The notes under the pieces were generated by a model. It did no database searches. It saw only the letters and a list, made by a program, of their open reading frames with translations, and was not told the DNA's origin. Below are positions 8,529 through 17,992 of a stretch of DNA of 64,000 nucleotides, in pieces; within the stretch, counting starts at the first letter, position 1, and every line of letters starts with the position of its first letter. Source of the stretch: an uncultured Litoreibacter sp. (GTDB taxonomy: Bacteria; Pseudomonadota; Alphaproteobacteria; Rhodobacterales; Rhodobacteraceae); assembly GCF_947487515.1 (NCBI RefSeq), contig NZ_CANKWO010000003.1, positions 139,103 through 203,102 of the forward strand. The letters are read 5' to 3'. A program made the position numbers and the translations under genes.

Positions 8529-10964
8529 ATGAAAACCCACACCCGTGTCGTCGTTATCGGAGGGGGCATCGCCGGATGCTCCACGCTGTATCACCTGACC
8601 CAAGAGGGCTGGACAGATGTCGTTCTTGTGGAACGCAATGAACTGACCTCAGGCACCACGTGGCATTCGGCGGCGCAAGTCACCAACTTTGGGATGAATC
8701 AAACGATGGTGGGGCTGAAAACGCACTCCATCAACCTGTATAAAGACCTGCGCGACGATCCCGATTATCCGGTCAGCTACAACCACGGCGATGGCGGCAT
8801 CCGGTTGGCCAACACCGAGGCCCAGATGGACGGATACCGTCACTTCGCCTCCATGGCCCGTGGTATGGGGGTAGAATTCGAGGTGCTCGATGCCAAGGAA
8901 TGCGCCCGCCGTCACCCGTTGATCTCGACCGACAATCTGTTGGGGGGATTATGGGACGGCAATGACGGTGACATAGATCCCGCGCAGCTGTGCCAAGCCT
9001 TAGCGCGTCGGGCCCGAAATGCGGGGGCGCAGGTGTACCGAAACACGCCCGTTACGGCTCTCACACAGCACAAAGACCACAGCTGGACCGTACATACAGA
9101 ACATGGCGACATTGCCTGCGAGATCGTGGTGAATGCCTGCGGCTACCGTGTAAACGAGGTCGGGGCGATGATGGGGGTTCACCATCCTGTCGCCTCGATG
9201 GAACATCAGTATTTCGTCACCGATGAAATTCCCGCAATCCGCGATGCGGGACACAGAATGCCGCTGCTGAGGTGCCCGATCAGCGATTATTACAGCCGTC
9301 AGGAAAAGAACGGGTTGCTCGTGGGTTTTTATGAGCAAGATTGCAAAACATGGGGGATGGACGGGATCGACCCGCATTTCGTCAATGCGCTTTGCCCCGA
9401 TGATCTGGACCGCATCACCGATGTGCTGGAAGGCGCGTTCGAGCGGATGCCGGCCTTGGCCGAGGTTGGCATCAAAACAGTGGTGAACGGTCCGATTACC
9501 TACACAATTGACGGCGCCCCTTTGGTTGGCCCGATCCCGAACAAGCGCAACGCTTTTTGCATCATCGGCCTGCGCGCAGGTCTTGGCGAGGGGGGAGGTC
9601 ACGGCTGGCTTCTGGCGCAGCAAATCGTTCATGGGGAGGCCCAGTATGACACGTGGTGCATCGACCCGCGCCGCTTTACCGGCCATGCAAATGTAGAATT
9701 CACCTCACTCAAGGCCATCGAGGACTACCAAAACGAGTTCCGTTTCCACTTCCCCAATGAACACCGCCCCGCAGGGCGTATGGCCAAAACCACGGCCCTG
9801 ACACCGGTGCTGGCCGCCGAAGGGGCCGAGTTCACTGTGGTAAACGGTTGGGAGCGGGCCGAATACTTCAAGCCAAGCCCAGATTTTCACGTCACCCACG
9901 GGTTTCACTTCGACGAATCCCACGCTGTCGTGGCAGCAGAAGTTGAGGCGGTACAAAACGCAGCAGGCCTATGCGAGGTCAACGGCTTCAACCGATTTGA
10001 GATCACAGGCGCAGATGCGCAGGGCTTTCTTGACCGTATGGTCTGCGGTCGCTTGCCGCGCCATGAGGGGCGCGTCGGTTTGGTCTATCTGCTCAATCAT
10101 CACGGCAGGCTGAAGGCCGAAGCCACCATCGCTAACCTACCCGCCACGGATCGCGGGCCATCGCGCATTTGGTATGGCTCGGCTGCGGCGGCTGAATATC
10201 ACGACATGGATTGGTTGCGGCAGCACATCGGCGCGCAAGAGGACGTCGAAATCAGGTCTCTTACCAATGATCAAACGATCCTTGTGCTGGCCGGACCAAA
10301 GGCGCGAGCAATCATGCAGGCCGTCAGCCGCGACGATTGGACCGCCGAAGGCTTCCCTTGGTTGTCGGTGCGCGAATGCTTCATCGGGGTCGCACCGGCC
10401 ACGGTTATGTCAGTGAGTTTCTCTGGCGAACTGGCCTATGAAATCCACATCCCCAATGCCTCTCTTTATGCGGCCTACCTTGCCTTGCGCGAGGCAGGTA
10501 AGGCGCATGAGTTGCGCTTGTTCGGCGCTTTGGCCGTCGATTCCATGCGTATGGAGAAGGGGTATCTGCATTGGAAGGCCGACATCCTCACTGAATTCGA
10601 CCCCTTCGAGACGGGGTTGGACCGCTTTGTAAATATGAAGAAGAAGGCCTTTGTCGGGAAAGACGCGCTGCTAAGGCGACAGGCCGAGCCAGCAAAAATG
10701 CGCCTGAGAACCCTGACCTTGGATACCGATAAAACCCCCGCGCATGGCGGCGCATCGGTGATGCTGGGCGATACAGTCGTCGGGACGGTGTCGTCAGGTG
10801 ACTACGGACACCGCATCAAACAGAACCTCGCCTATGCGTTTATCGCGGCGGATGTGCCTTTGGATTGCGCGGCTCTGAAAGTCGACGTGCTGGGGGAACT
10901 CATCGACGCCAAAATAGTGAGCCGCGCGCTCTATGATCCACAAATGACACTCGTGCGCGGATAG
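8529..10964 (+). CDS. FAD-dependent oxidoreductase of the dimethylglycine/sarcosine dehydrogenase family with C-terminal GcvT-like folate-binding domain
   Basis: VVVIGGGIAGCS dinucleotide fold, SGTTWHSAAQ (covalent-FAD His context) and about 400 aa of aminomethyltransferase-like C-terminus. Start at ATG 8529. Confidence 0.85.
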   Translation: MKTHTRVVVIGGGIAGCSTLYHLTQEGWTDVVLVERNELTSGTTWHSAAQVTNFGMNQTMVGLKTHSINLYKDLRDDPDYPVSYNHGDGGIRLANTEAQMDGYRHFASMARGMGVEFEVLDAKECARRHPLISTDNLLGGLWDGNDGDIDPAQLCQALARRARNAGAQVYRNTPVTALTQHKDHSWTVHTEHGDIACEIVVNACGYRVNEVGAMMGVHHPVASMEHQYFVTDEIPAIRDAGHRMPLLRCPISDYYSRQEKNGLLVGFYEQDCKTWGMDGIDPHFVNALCPDDLDRITDVLEGAFERMPALAEVGIKTVVNGPITYTIDGAPLVGPIPNKRNAFCIIGLRAGLGEGGGHGWLLAQQIVHGEAQYDTWCIDPRRFTGHANVEFTSLKAIEDYQNEFRFHFPNEHRPAGRMAKTTALTPVLAAEGAEFTVVNGWERAEYFKPSPDFHVTHGFHFDESHAVVAAEVEAVQNAAGLCEVNGFNRFEITGADAQGFLDRMVCGRLPRHEGRVGLVYLLNHHGRLKAEATIANLPATDRGPSRIWYGSAAAAEYHDMDWLRQHIGAQEDVEIRSLTNDQTILVLAGPKARAIMQAVSRDDWTAEGFPWLSVRECFIGVAPATVMSVSFSGELAYEIHIPNASLYAAYLALREAGKAHELRLFGALAVDSMRMEKGYLHWKADILTEFDPFETGLDRFVNMKKKAFVGKDALLRRQAEPAKMRLRTLTLDTDKTPAHGGASVMLGDTVVGTVSSGDYGHRIKQNLAYAFIAADVPLDCAALKVDVLGELIDAKIVSRALYDPQMTLVRG

Positions 10965-10997
10965 GGGAAGGCTCGTGGCGCGCCTGTCCGCTGCGGG

Positions 10998-11843
10998 CTA
11001 CCCGACTGCGATATTGTCGATCAAACGGACCCCCGCCAGCCAAGCGGCAGCCAGCAGACGGGCTGGGCGGGTAGGGGCGTCCAGTTCTTCCAAGGTGTCG
11101 CAGGCCCGCAGGTCTAGGTATTCCACTTCCGTGAAACCTGCTCGCTCAATCCGCGCCACGGCTTTGGCACGCAGTTCGGCAACGTCCCCACCGGCCAAAA
11201 TGCCGTCCGCCATGTCCTGCATAGCGGCGTTCAATTCCGGAGCCCAAACGCGGGCGCGATCTGATAGCAGCAGGTTGCGCGACGACATGGCAAGCCCGTC
11301 TTCCTCCCGAATGGTGGGGCATCCCACAACCTCTATCGGAATGTTCAAATCAGCCGCCAAGCGGGTGACGACCTGCAACTGCTGGAAGTCCTTTTCGCCA
11401 AAATAGGCGCGGTCAGCCTGAGACTGCAAAAACAGCTTGCTCACAATTGTGGCGACCCCGTCGAAATGTCCTGGACGATGCGCGCCACATAAAACATCCG
11501 TCATGCCACCTACCGAAACGGTGGTGGCGAAGCCCTCGGGGTACATCGTCGGGCCATCGGGGACATAAATTGCATCAACGTTGAGCGGCCCCAGCTTGAC
11601 GGCGTCCTCTTCCTCGGTACGCGGGTATTTTTCGTAGTCCTCAGGGTTGTTGAACTGCTTGGGGTTGATGAAAATGGTGACGATAACGCGGTCACATCCC
11701 TCTTTGGCAGCCCGCGCAAGGCTGAGGTGGCCTTGGTGCAATGCCCCCATGGTAGGGACCACACCGACGGTTTCGCCATTTGCCTTCCACTCGAAGACCA
11801 TCGCGCGCAGCTCTGTCAGCGAGCGAACGATAGGCGCGGTCAT
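10998..11843 (-). CDS. panC: pantoate--beta-alanine ligase
   Basis: [14 protein letters not shown] (HIGH-like) and overall PanC pattern. The start overlaps the panB stop (ATGA). Confidence 0.95.
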   Translation of the reverse strand: MTAPIVRSLTELRAMVFEWKANGETVGVVPTMGALHQGHLSLARAAKEGCDRVIVTIFINPKQFNNPEDYEKYPRTEEEDAVKLGPLNVDAIYVPDGPTMYPEGFATTVSVGGMTDVLCGAHRPGHFDGVATIVSKLFLQSQADRAYFGEKDFQQLQVVTRLAADLNIPIEVVGCPTIREEDGLAMSSRNLLLSDRARVWAPELNAAMQDMADGILAGGDVAELRAKAVARIERAGFTEVEYLDLRACDTLEELDAPTRPARLLAAAWLAGVRLIDNIAVG

Positions 11844-12673
11844 TTGGACGATCCGGCGAGGGTTTCAGCGAATGTGTGCTCCGGTGAAGGGAAGCTACGC
11901 GCGTGGACCTCATCGGCATAGGCTTGGATCGCCCCGCGTGCGTCATCCCCCAAATGGGCAAAGCGTTTGACGAATTTTGCTTTGAAGGCGGTAAACAGGC
12001 CCAGCATGTCGTCGACAACCAGAATTTGGCCGTCACAATTTGCAGATGCTCCGATTCCGATCGTGGGGATCGCGATTTCTGCGGTGATTTCATCCGCCAG
12101 AACCGCAGGGACTTTTTCCAGCACCACCGCAAAGGCTCCGGCGTCGGCGACGGCTTTCGCGTCTGCCATCAACGCGGCGGCCTCTTCGCCACGGCCTTGG
12201 ACTTTGTAGCCGCCCAGCGTGTTGATCGACTGTGGGGTCAAACCAATGTGCGCCATCACAGGGATGCCGCGCGCCACGAGGAAGCGGATCGTGTCGGCCA
12301 TGCCAACCCCACCTTCCAGCTTCACGGCGCCCGCGTCGGTCTCGGCCATGAGGCGGGCAGCATTGCGAAACGCCTGTTCGCGGCTTTCCTCGTAAGTCCC
12401 GAAGGGCATGTCCATCACCAGCATGCTGGCGGTCAATCCGCGCCGCACAGCCTTGCCGTGCATGATCATCATCTCCATCGTCACCCCAACCGTGGAGGGC
12501 AGCCCGTGCAAGACCATACCAACCGAATCCCCGACCAGAACAAAGTCGCAAACGCCGTCCATCATCTCGGCCATTGGTGTGGTGTATGCTGTTAAGCTAA
12601 CGATCGGTGTGCCCCCTTTGCGGGCAAGAATATCTTGCGGCATCGGGGCGGTCTTACGGGCAGTGGCGCTCAT
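11840..12673 (-). CDS. panB: 3-methyl-2-oxobutanoate hydroxymethyltransferase
   Basis: LTAYT...VGDS.GMV..G motif series. Start taken at ATG (MSATARK) rather than the upstream TTG 12694. Confidence 0.95.
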   Translation of the reverse strand: MSATARKTAPMPQDILARKGGTPIVSLTAYTTPMAEMMDGVCDFVLVGDSVGMVLHGLPSTVGVTMEMMIMHGKAVRRGLTASMLVMDMPFGTYEESREQAFRNAARLMAETDAGAVKLEGGVGMADTIRFLVARGIPVMAHIGLTPQSINTLGGYKVQGRGEEAAALMADAKAVADAGAFAVVLEKVPAVLADEITAEIAIPTIGIGASANCDGQILVVDDMLGLFTAFKAKFVKRFAHLGDDARGAIQAYADEVHARSFPSPEHTFAETLAGSSK

Positions 12674-12907
12674 GAGGATAGAACCTTCTCGCAATAATGT
12701 TGCGCAGGGCCTACCAATTTCGCGACTGCGTTACCAGAGCTACCGCAGATTTTGAGCCGAAATCCGGTGCCAAACGCTGCGGCATAGACGCGAATTCCAG
12801 AAGGTCGGCGCAGCTCCCCCCTTGTTCAAAGTGCCGTCTCCTCCCTACACTCCGGTCTTGATCGCAGTCGCGTCAGAGCGTCTCAACCTATCGCAAGGAT
12901 CACCGCA

Positions 12908-14362
12908 ATGAGCATTCAAGACCTTTGGTTCGACCCCTCTCTTTGTTTCATCGGTGGCGGTTGGGTCGATCCGGCGTCGGGGCAAACGCTTGATCTGATT
13001 GATCCTTCCAACGGAGAGCTCATATGTCAGGTCGCACGCGGGGACGCGGATGACATTGATCAGGCGGTGTCAGCGGCCCAAGCCGCGCTGGGTGGTCCTT
13101 GGGGGCGGATGACCGCCGCCGAGCGGGGGCGCGTTTTAGCCAAAATCGGCCAGCTGGTGCAAAGCAATGCCGAAGTTCTGGCCCGTCTGGAGGCGTTGGA
13201 TGTCGGGAAGCCGTTGACGCAGGCGCGGGCTGATGTGGCCGCCTTGGCGCGCTATTTGGAATTCTATGGCGGTGCTGCAGACAAGCTGCACGGGCAAACG
13301 ATTCCCTATCTGGACGGCTATACCGTCTACACTCTGCGCGAGCCGCATGGCGTGACGGGGCATATCATCCCGTGGAATTATCCCATGCAGATCATCGGGC
13401 GCTCGGTGGGGGCGGCACTTGCGATGGGGAACGCGGCTGTTCTGAAGCCCGCAGAAGAGGCCTGTTTGACGGCGCTGGCATTTGCCGATCTGGCCCGTCA
13501 GGCGGGTCTTCCCGAAGGCGTGTTGAATGTGGTTACCGGCCTTGGGGCTGAGGCCGGTGCGGCGTTATCCGGACATGCGGGGGTCAACCATGTGTCCTTC
13601 ACCGGCTCGGTCGGGGTGGGGAAACTGGTTCAGCGGCAAGCCTCCGAAAATATCGTGCCCGTGACGCTGGAGCTGGGGGGAAAGTCCCCGCAGTTGGTGT
13701 TTGACGACGCCGACATCGATGCGGCACTGCCGTTTCTTGTGAATGCGGGGGTGCAAAATGCAGGGCAAACCTGTTCGGCCTCGTCGCGCATCCTTGTGCA
13801 GCGCGGGGTGTTTGACGAAGTGTTGGACCGTATGGCGGCGCGCTATGGCGACTTGCAAGTCGGCCCCGCCCTGCAGGACTTGGATGTCGGCCCGTTGATC
13901 TCGGCGCGGCAGAAAAAGACAGTCGAGAATTTTTTGTCCCAAGGGGCCTCTCTTGAGAAGGCGGCCGAAGGTCAAATCATCGCTGATGCGCCTGCGGGGG
14001 GGCATTACGTGGCCCCGACGTTGTTCGCAGGGGTAAGCCCCAACCACGTTTTGGCCCAAGACGAAATATTTGGCCCCGTCCAAGTGGTGATCCCTTTTGA
14101 CGATGAGGCCGAGGCCCTGTCGATCGCGAATGGCACCAAATTCGGCCTTGTGGCCTCGGTTTGGTCCAGCAATGGAGCGCGACAAATGCGGTTGGCTAAG
14201 GCCCTGCGTTCGGGGCAGGTGTTTTTGAACAATTACGGCGCGGGCGGCGGGGTAGAGCTGCCATTCGGGGGAACAGGGCAATCGGGTCATGGGCGCGAGA
14301 AGGGGTTCGAAGCCCTCTACGGGTTCTCCACACTCAAGACTGTGGCCGCGCTGCATGGGTGA
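12908..14362 (+). CDS. NAD(P)-dependent aldehyde dehydrogenase
   Basis: 484 aa with LELGGKSP and the catalytic Cys context GQTCSA; classical ALDH length. Confidence 0.9.
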   Translation: MSIQDLWFDPSLCFIGGGWVDPASGQTLDLIDPSNGELICQVARGDADDIDQAVSAAQAALGGPWGRMTAAERGRVLAKIGQLVQSNAEVLARLEALDVGKPLTQARADVAALARYLEFYGGAADKLHGQTIPYLDGYTVYTLREPHGVTGHIIPWNYPMQIIGRSVGAALAMGNAAVLKPAEEACLTALAFADLARQAGLPEGVLNVVTGLGAEAGAALSGHAGVNHVSFTGSVGVGKLVQRQASENIVPVTLELGGKSPQLVFDDADIDAALPFLVNAGVQNAGQTCSASSRILVQRGVFDEVLDRMAARYGDLQVGPALQDLDVGPLISARQKKTVENFLSQGASLEKAAEGQIIADAPAGGHYVAPTLFAGVSPNHVLAQDEIFGPVQVVIPFDDEAEALSIANGTKFGLVASVWSSNGARQMRLAKALRSGQVFLNNYGAGGGVELPFGGTGQSGHGREKGFEALYGFSTLKTVAALHG

Positions 14363-14466
14363 TGCCAACCCGCGCAATGGAGCGTTCTGGCAAAGCCACG
14401 GAAAATCGGTGCAAAACGGCGATCACTTGCGTCATGGTCTGAAACTACAACTTAAGGGAAATGCGG

Positions 14467-15207
14467 ATGCGTCTTGAGGGGAAAACAGCGATTGTAACGG
14501 GGGGCGCGTCGGGGTTCGGCGCTGGGATCGCGCGTAAGTTTGTGGCTGAGGGCGCAAATGTGATGATTGCCGACTTGAACGCGGCTACGGATTTACTGGC
14601 AGAGATCGGCAGCTCCGCGCGGGCGGTGGAGGCAAATGTCGCCAAGGATGCCAGCGTCAAAGCCATGGTTCAGGCCACATTGGACGCCTTCGGGCGCATC
14701 GATATTTTGGTCAACAACGCCGGCACCACCCATCTGCCCACCGCGATGGAGGACGTGTCCGAGGACGATTTCGACAAGGTATTCGCTGTGAACTGCAAGT
14801 CGGTCTACCTGACCGCAAGGCACCTCGTTCCGGTTCTGAAAGCCCAAGGCAGCGGAGCAATATTGAACGTCGCCTCGACCGCTGGCGTCAGCCCGCGCCC
14901 GCGTCTGAACTGGTACAACGCCTCCAAGGGCTGGATGAACACCGCGACCAAAGCCATGGCGGTGGAACTCGCGCCAGATGGCATTCGCGTCAATGCAATC
15001 AACCCTGTGGCAGGGGAAACTCCGTTGCTGAAAAGCTTTATGGGCGAGGATACCCCGCAGATCCGCGCACAGTTTTTGTCGACCATTCCGTTGGGCCGGT
15101 TTTCCACCCCCGAGGACATGGCAAATGCTGCGTGTTTTTTATGCTCCGAGGAGGCAGCGATGATCACTGGGGTCTGTATGGAAGTCGATGGCGGGCGGTG
15201 CATCTGA
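14467..15207 (+). CDS. SDR-family oxidoreductase (classical)
   Basis: GKTAIVTGGASGFG, NNAG and YNASK. The second ATG is chosen because AAGGGA sits about 8 nt upstream (ATG 14461 also possible). Confidence 0.9.
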   Translation: MRLEGKTAIVTGGASGFGAGIARKFVAEGANVMIADLNAATDLLAEIGSSARAVEANVAKDASVKAMVQATLDAFGRIDILVNNAGTTHLPTAMEDVSEDDFDKVFAVNCKSVYLTARHLVPVLKAQGSGAILNVASTAGVSPRPRLNWYNASKGWMNTATKAMAVELAPDGIRVNAINPVAGETPLLKSFMGEDTPQIRAQFLSTIPLGRFSTPEDMANAACFLCSEEAAMITGVCMEVDGGRCI

Positions 15208-16181
15208 TGAAACAAGGAACACGAAACAGCATTACGGATGTGGCGGGGCTTCGGGTCGGGAATGCGCAAGATGACACGCTGAAGTCCGGTGTGACGGTTC
15301 TGACCGCGGATGCTCCGTTCACGGCATCGGTGCATATCATGGGCGGCGCACCCGGCACGCGGGAGATCGCCTTGCTGGAGCCGGATAAATCTGTGGAGGC
15401 TGTCGATGCGCTGGTGCTGTCGGGGGGCTCGGCCTTTGGGCTGGATGCGGCGTCCGGCGTGGTGTCCGGTTTGCGAAACATCGGCCGAGGTTTCGCGGTA
15501 GGCGACATCCGCGTGCCAATCGTGCCCGCCGCGATTATCTTTGATCTACTCAATGGCGGGCGCAAAGATTGGGTGGAAAACCCCTATGCGGCGCTGGGGG
15601 CAGAGGCCTTGATGAATGCCGCGCAGGAGTTCGATCTTGGCAGTCATGGGGCTGGCACCGGCGCAACCACGGCGACCTTGAAGGGCGGGCTTGGCACGGC
15701 GTCACTTGTGCTGGACGACGGGGTGACGGTTGCGGCTTTGGTTGTGGCGAACCCGATTGGTACGGTGGTGACGCCGGCAGGGCAGTTCTGGGCGGCGCAG
15801 GCTGAGTTCGGCACAGAGTTTGGCGGGCTGGGTGGTGACCCTGCATCTTATGGTGCGGTTAGGTTGCCGTTGAAAACCGATGCGCACGAAAGGGCGAATA
15901 CCACAATCGCGATTGTGGCAACGGACGCCAAACTGACCAAGCCGCAATGCAAACGTTTGGCGGTTTCGGCTCATGACGGGATGGCGCGCGCAATTGTGCC
16001 GTCTCACACGCCGATGGACGGGGACTTGGCCTTCGCGGTTTCCGCCGGTGAAAAGCAGGGCGATCCGCTCATGATCGGCCATGCCGCGGCCACCTGTCTG
16101 GCCCGTGCCATCGCGCGCGCAGTATATGAGGCCACGCCCGCCGCGGGCGATACTGTGCCGTGTTTTTCCTCATTGCGGTAG
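15207..16181 (+). CDS. P1/S58 (DmpA/BapA-like) family peptidase
   Basis: NSITDVAGLRVGN, SGGSAFGLDAA and NTTIAIVATDA motifs of the DmpA-type Ntn hydrolase family. The ATG shares its A with the last base of the SDR stop codon (TGATG). Confidence 0.8.
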   Translation: MKQGTRNSITDVAGLRVGNAQDDTLKSGVTVLTADAPFTASVHIMGGAPGTREIALLEPDKSVEAVDALVLSGGSAFGLDAASGVVSGLRNIGRGFAVGDIRVPIVPAAIIFDLLNGGRKDWVENPYAALGAEALMNAAQEFDLGSHGAGTGATTATLKGGLGTASLVLDDGVTVAALVVANPIGTVVTPAGQFWAAQAEFGTEFGGLGGDPASYGAVRLPLKTDAHERANTTIAIVATDAKLTKPQCKRLAVSAHDGMARAIVPSHTPMDGDLAFAVSAGEKQGDPLMIGHAAATCLARAIARAVYEATPAAGDTVPCFSSLR

Positions 16182-16293
16182 GCAAGGATATGCGGGGGCG
16201 GGGAAGGATTTGGTGCGGGCGCTCACAGTTGCCCTGCGCGCTCTTGCGAAGTCCTGACTTCCCACTGACGCGGTGCTCGGCTACACAAGGCGC

Positions 16294-16965
16294 ATGACGT
16301 GGAATATTCCCAATATCCTGACGCTGTTGCGTCTGTTGGCGGCCCCGGGTGTGGCGGTCATGTTTTTGTATTTTCAACGTCCTTGGGCGGATTGGTTCGC
16401 ATTGGTTCTTTTTGTGACCGCCGCGCTTACGGATTGGCTGGACGGCTATCTGGCAAGGGCTTGGAAGCAGGAAAGCAAATTTGGTGCGATGCTGGATCCG
16501 ATTGCCGATAAGGCGATGGTGATCATTGCCTTGTTGGTGATTACCGGCTTTTCAGGGATGAACCCTTGGGTGCTGTTGCCTTCAACCCTGATCATGTTCC
16601 GCGAGGTCTTTGTCTCTGGGTTGCGCGAGTTTCTGGGCGACACCGCTGGTCTGTTGAAGGTTACCAATCTCGCCAAGTGGAAAACCACGGCGCAGATGAC
16701 GGCCATTGCGGTGCTTTTCGCCACCGGATTGTTCGAACATGAGTTCCTCGACCGCACCGCTGGCATGGATGAAATCGTGGTGGCAGAAATCATGTCTGGG
16801 GCCAGTGAGGATCCTTTGGGGCTTCAGTGGTTTTCTGTTGCGGCAAATGTGACCTTTAAGGTCGGTGTGGCGCTTTTGTGGGCGGCGGCATTGCTGACGA
16901 TCGTGACGGGTTGGGACTACCTGAACAAGGCGATGCCATTTCTGCGTGACGAGCAAAACTCATGA
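16294..16965 (+). CDS. pgsA: CDP-diacylglycerol--glycerol-3-phosphate 3-phosphatidyltransferase
   Basis: NILTLLRL N-terminus and the CDP-alcohol transferase motif DWLDGYLAR-x8-G-x3-DPIADK. Confidence 0.85.
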   Translation: MTWNIPNILTLLRLLAAPGVAVMFLYFQRPWADWFALVLFVTAALTDWLDGYLARAWKQESKFGAMLDPIADKAMVIIALLVITGFSGMNPWVLLPSTLIMFREVFVSGLREFLGDTAGLLKVTNLAKWKTTAQMTAIAVLFATGLFEHEFLDRTAGMDEIVVAEIMSGASEDPLGLQWFSVAANVTFKVGVALLWAAALLTIVTGWDYLNKAMPFLRDEQNS

Positions 16966-17210
16966 TCAACGTGCTGTATTTCGCGTGGGTGCGGGAACGC
17001 ATCGGGCTGCCCAAAGAAATGGTAGAGACAAACGCGACCACGGTTTTGCAGCTTGTTGAAGAGCTGCGCGCGCGCGAGGAACGCTATGCCTTGGCATTCT
17101 CCGACCTTACCGCGCTGAGGGTGGCATTGGATCAGGACCTGTCCGATTTCGACGCGAAGCTGGACGGCGTGCGTGAAGTGGCCTTCTTCCCCCCGATGAC
17201 AGGCGGCTAA
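16962..17210 (+). CDS. moaD: molybdopterin synthase sulfur-carrier subunit
   Basis: 82 aa ubiquitin-like protein ending in GG (FPPMTGG). ATGA overlap with pgsA, and directly precedes moaE. Confidence 0.85.
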   Translation: MINVLYFAWVRERIGLPKEMVETNATTVLQLVEELRAREERYALAFSDLTALRVALDQDLSDFDAKLDGVREVAFFPPMTGG

Positions 17211-17215
17211 ATGCC

Positions 17216-17659
17216 ATGCGTGTCATTGTTCAAGAAGCCCCTTTTGACCCTGGCGCAGAGCTGAACGCCTTCGCCAAAGGAGATACCGACATTGGTGCAG
17301 TGGTGAGTTTCACCGGTGTCACCCGTGACGTATCCGGCGGGCTCAGCCAGATGCAAATCGAGCATTATTCCGGTATGACAGAGCGCGCGTTGACGCAGAT
17401 ATGCGAAGAGGCGCAGCATCGTTGGTCTCTGGTCGATGTGCTGGTTATCCACCGGTTTGGGGTGATGAAGGCCGGTGACAACATCATGATGGTTGCCACG
17501 GCATCGCGTCACCGCGCGGATGCCTTCGCGGCCGCCGACTTTTTGATGGATTACTTGAAGTCACGGGCGCCCTTCTGGAAGAAAGAGGTCACCGCAGACG
17601 GGTCGGAATGGGTTGCGGCAAAGGACAGCGACGAAGACGCGTTGGATCGCTGGTCTTAG
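17216..17659 (+). CDS. moaE: molybdopterin synthase catalytic subunit
   Basis: 147 aa with a MoaE-like pattern (GAVVSFTG.TR..., HR.G.M..GD, FWKKE). Confidence 0.9.
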   Translation: MRVIVQEAPFDPGAELNAFAKGDTDIGAVVSFTGVTRDVSGGLSQMQIEHYSGMTERALTQICEEAQHRWSLVDVLVIHRFGVMKAGDNIMMVATASRHRADAFAAADFLMDYLKSRAPFWKKEVTADGSEWVAAKDSDEDALDRWS

Positions 17660-17662
17660 GCA

Positions 17663-17992
17663 TTAGCCGCCTTGGTTTGCCCGCTCAATGTAGCCGCGCA
17701 ATTCTTCGGCCTCATGGCGCGCGTCGCGCAACCCATCCATGGCAGCACGCAATTCGGCTTCGGTTTGGGACAGCTGGTTGGTCAGCTCTGCTTCGCGTTG
17801 CTGCAGGTAGGTGATCGCTTGATCGCGCGTTTCCTCGGCGTCATGCAAGGCCTTCGCCATGTCGTCCAGTTCCGCCACATCTGCGGTTGTTACGCGGCTA
17901 AAGCGTTGTACCAGCCAACAGGTGAACCAGCCGACGCAAAACGCCAAAAACAGGATGAATGCGGTGGCGATGATGAATTCGGATCTATTCAC
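17663..17992 (-). CDS. hypothetical single-pass membrane protein with coiled-coil tail
   Basis: N-terminal helix FIIATAFILFLAFCVGWFTCWLV followed by a heptad-like Glu/Leu/Ala-rich region. Its start lies 8 nt inside the end of the upstream OmpA-family gene. Confidence 0.55.
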   Translation of the reverse strand: MNRSEFIIATAFILFLAFCVGWFTCWLVQRFSRVTTADVAELDDMAKALHDAEETRDQAITYLQQREAELTNQLSQTEAELRAAMDGLRDARHEAEELRGYIERANQGG

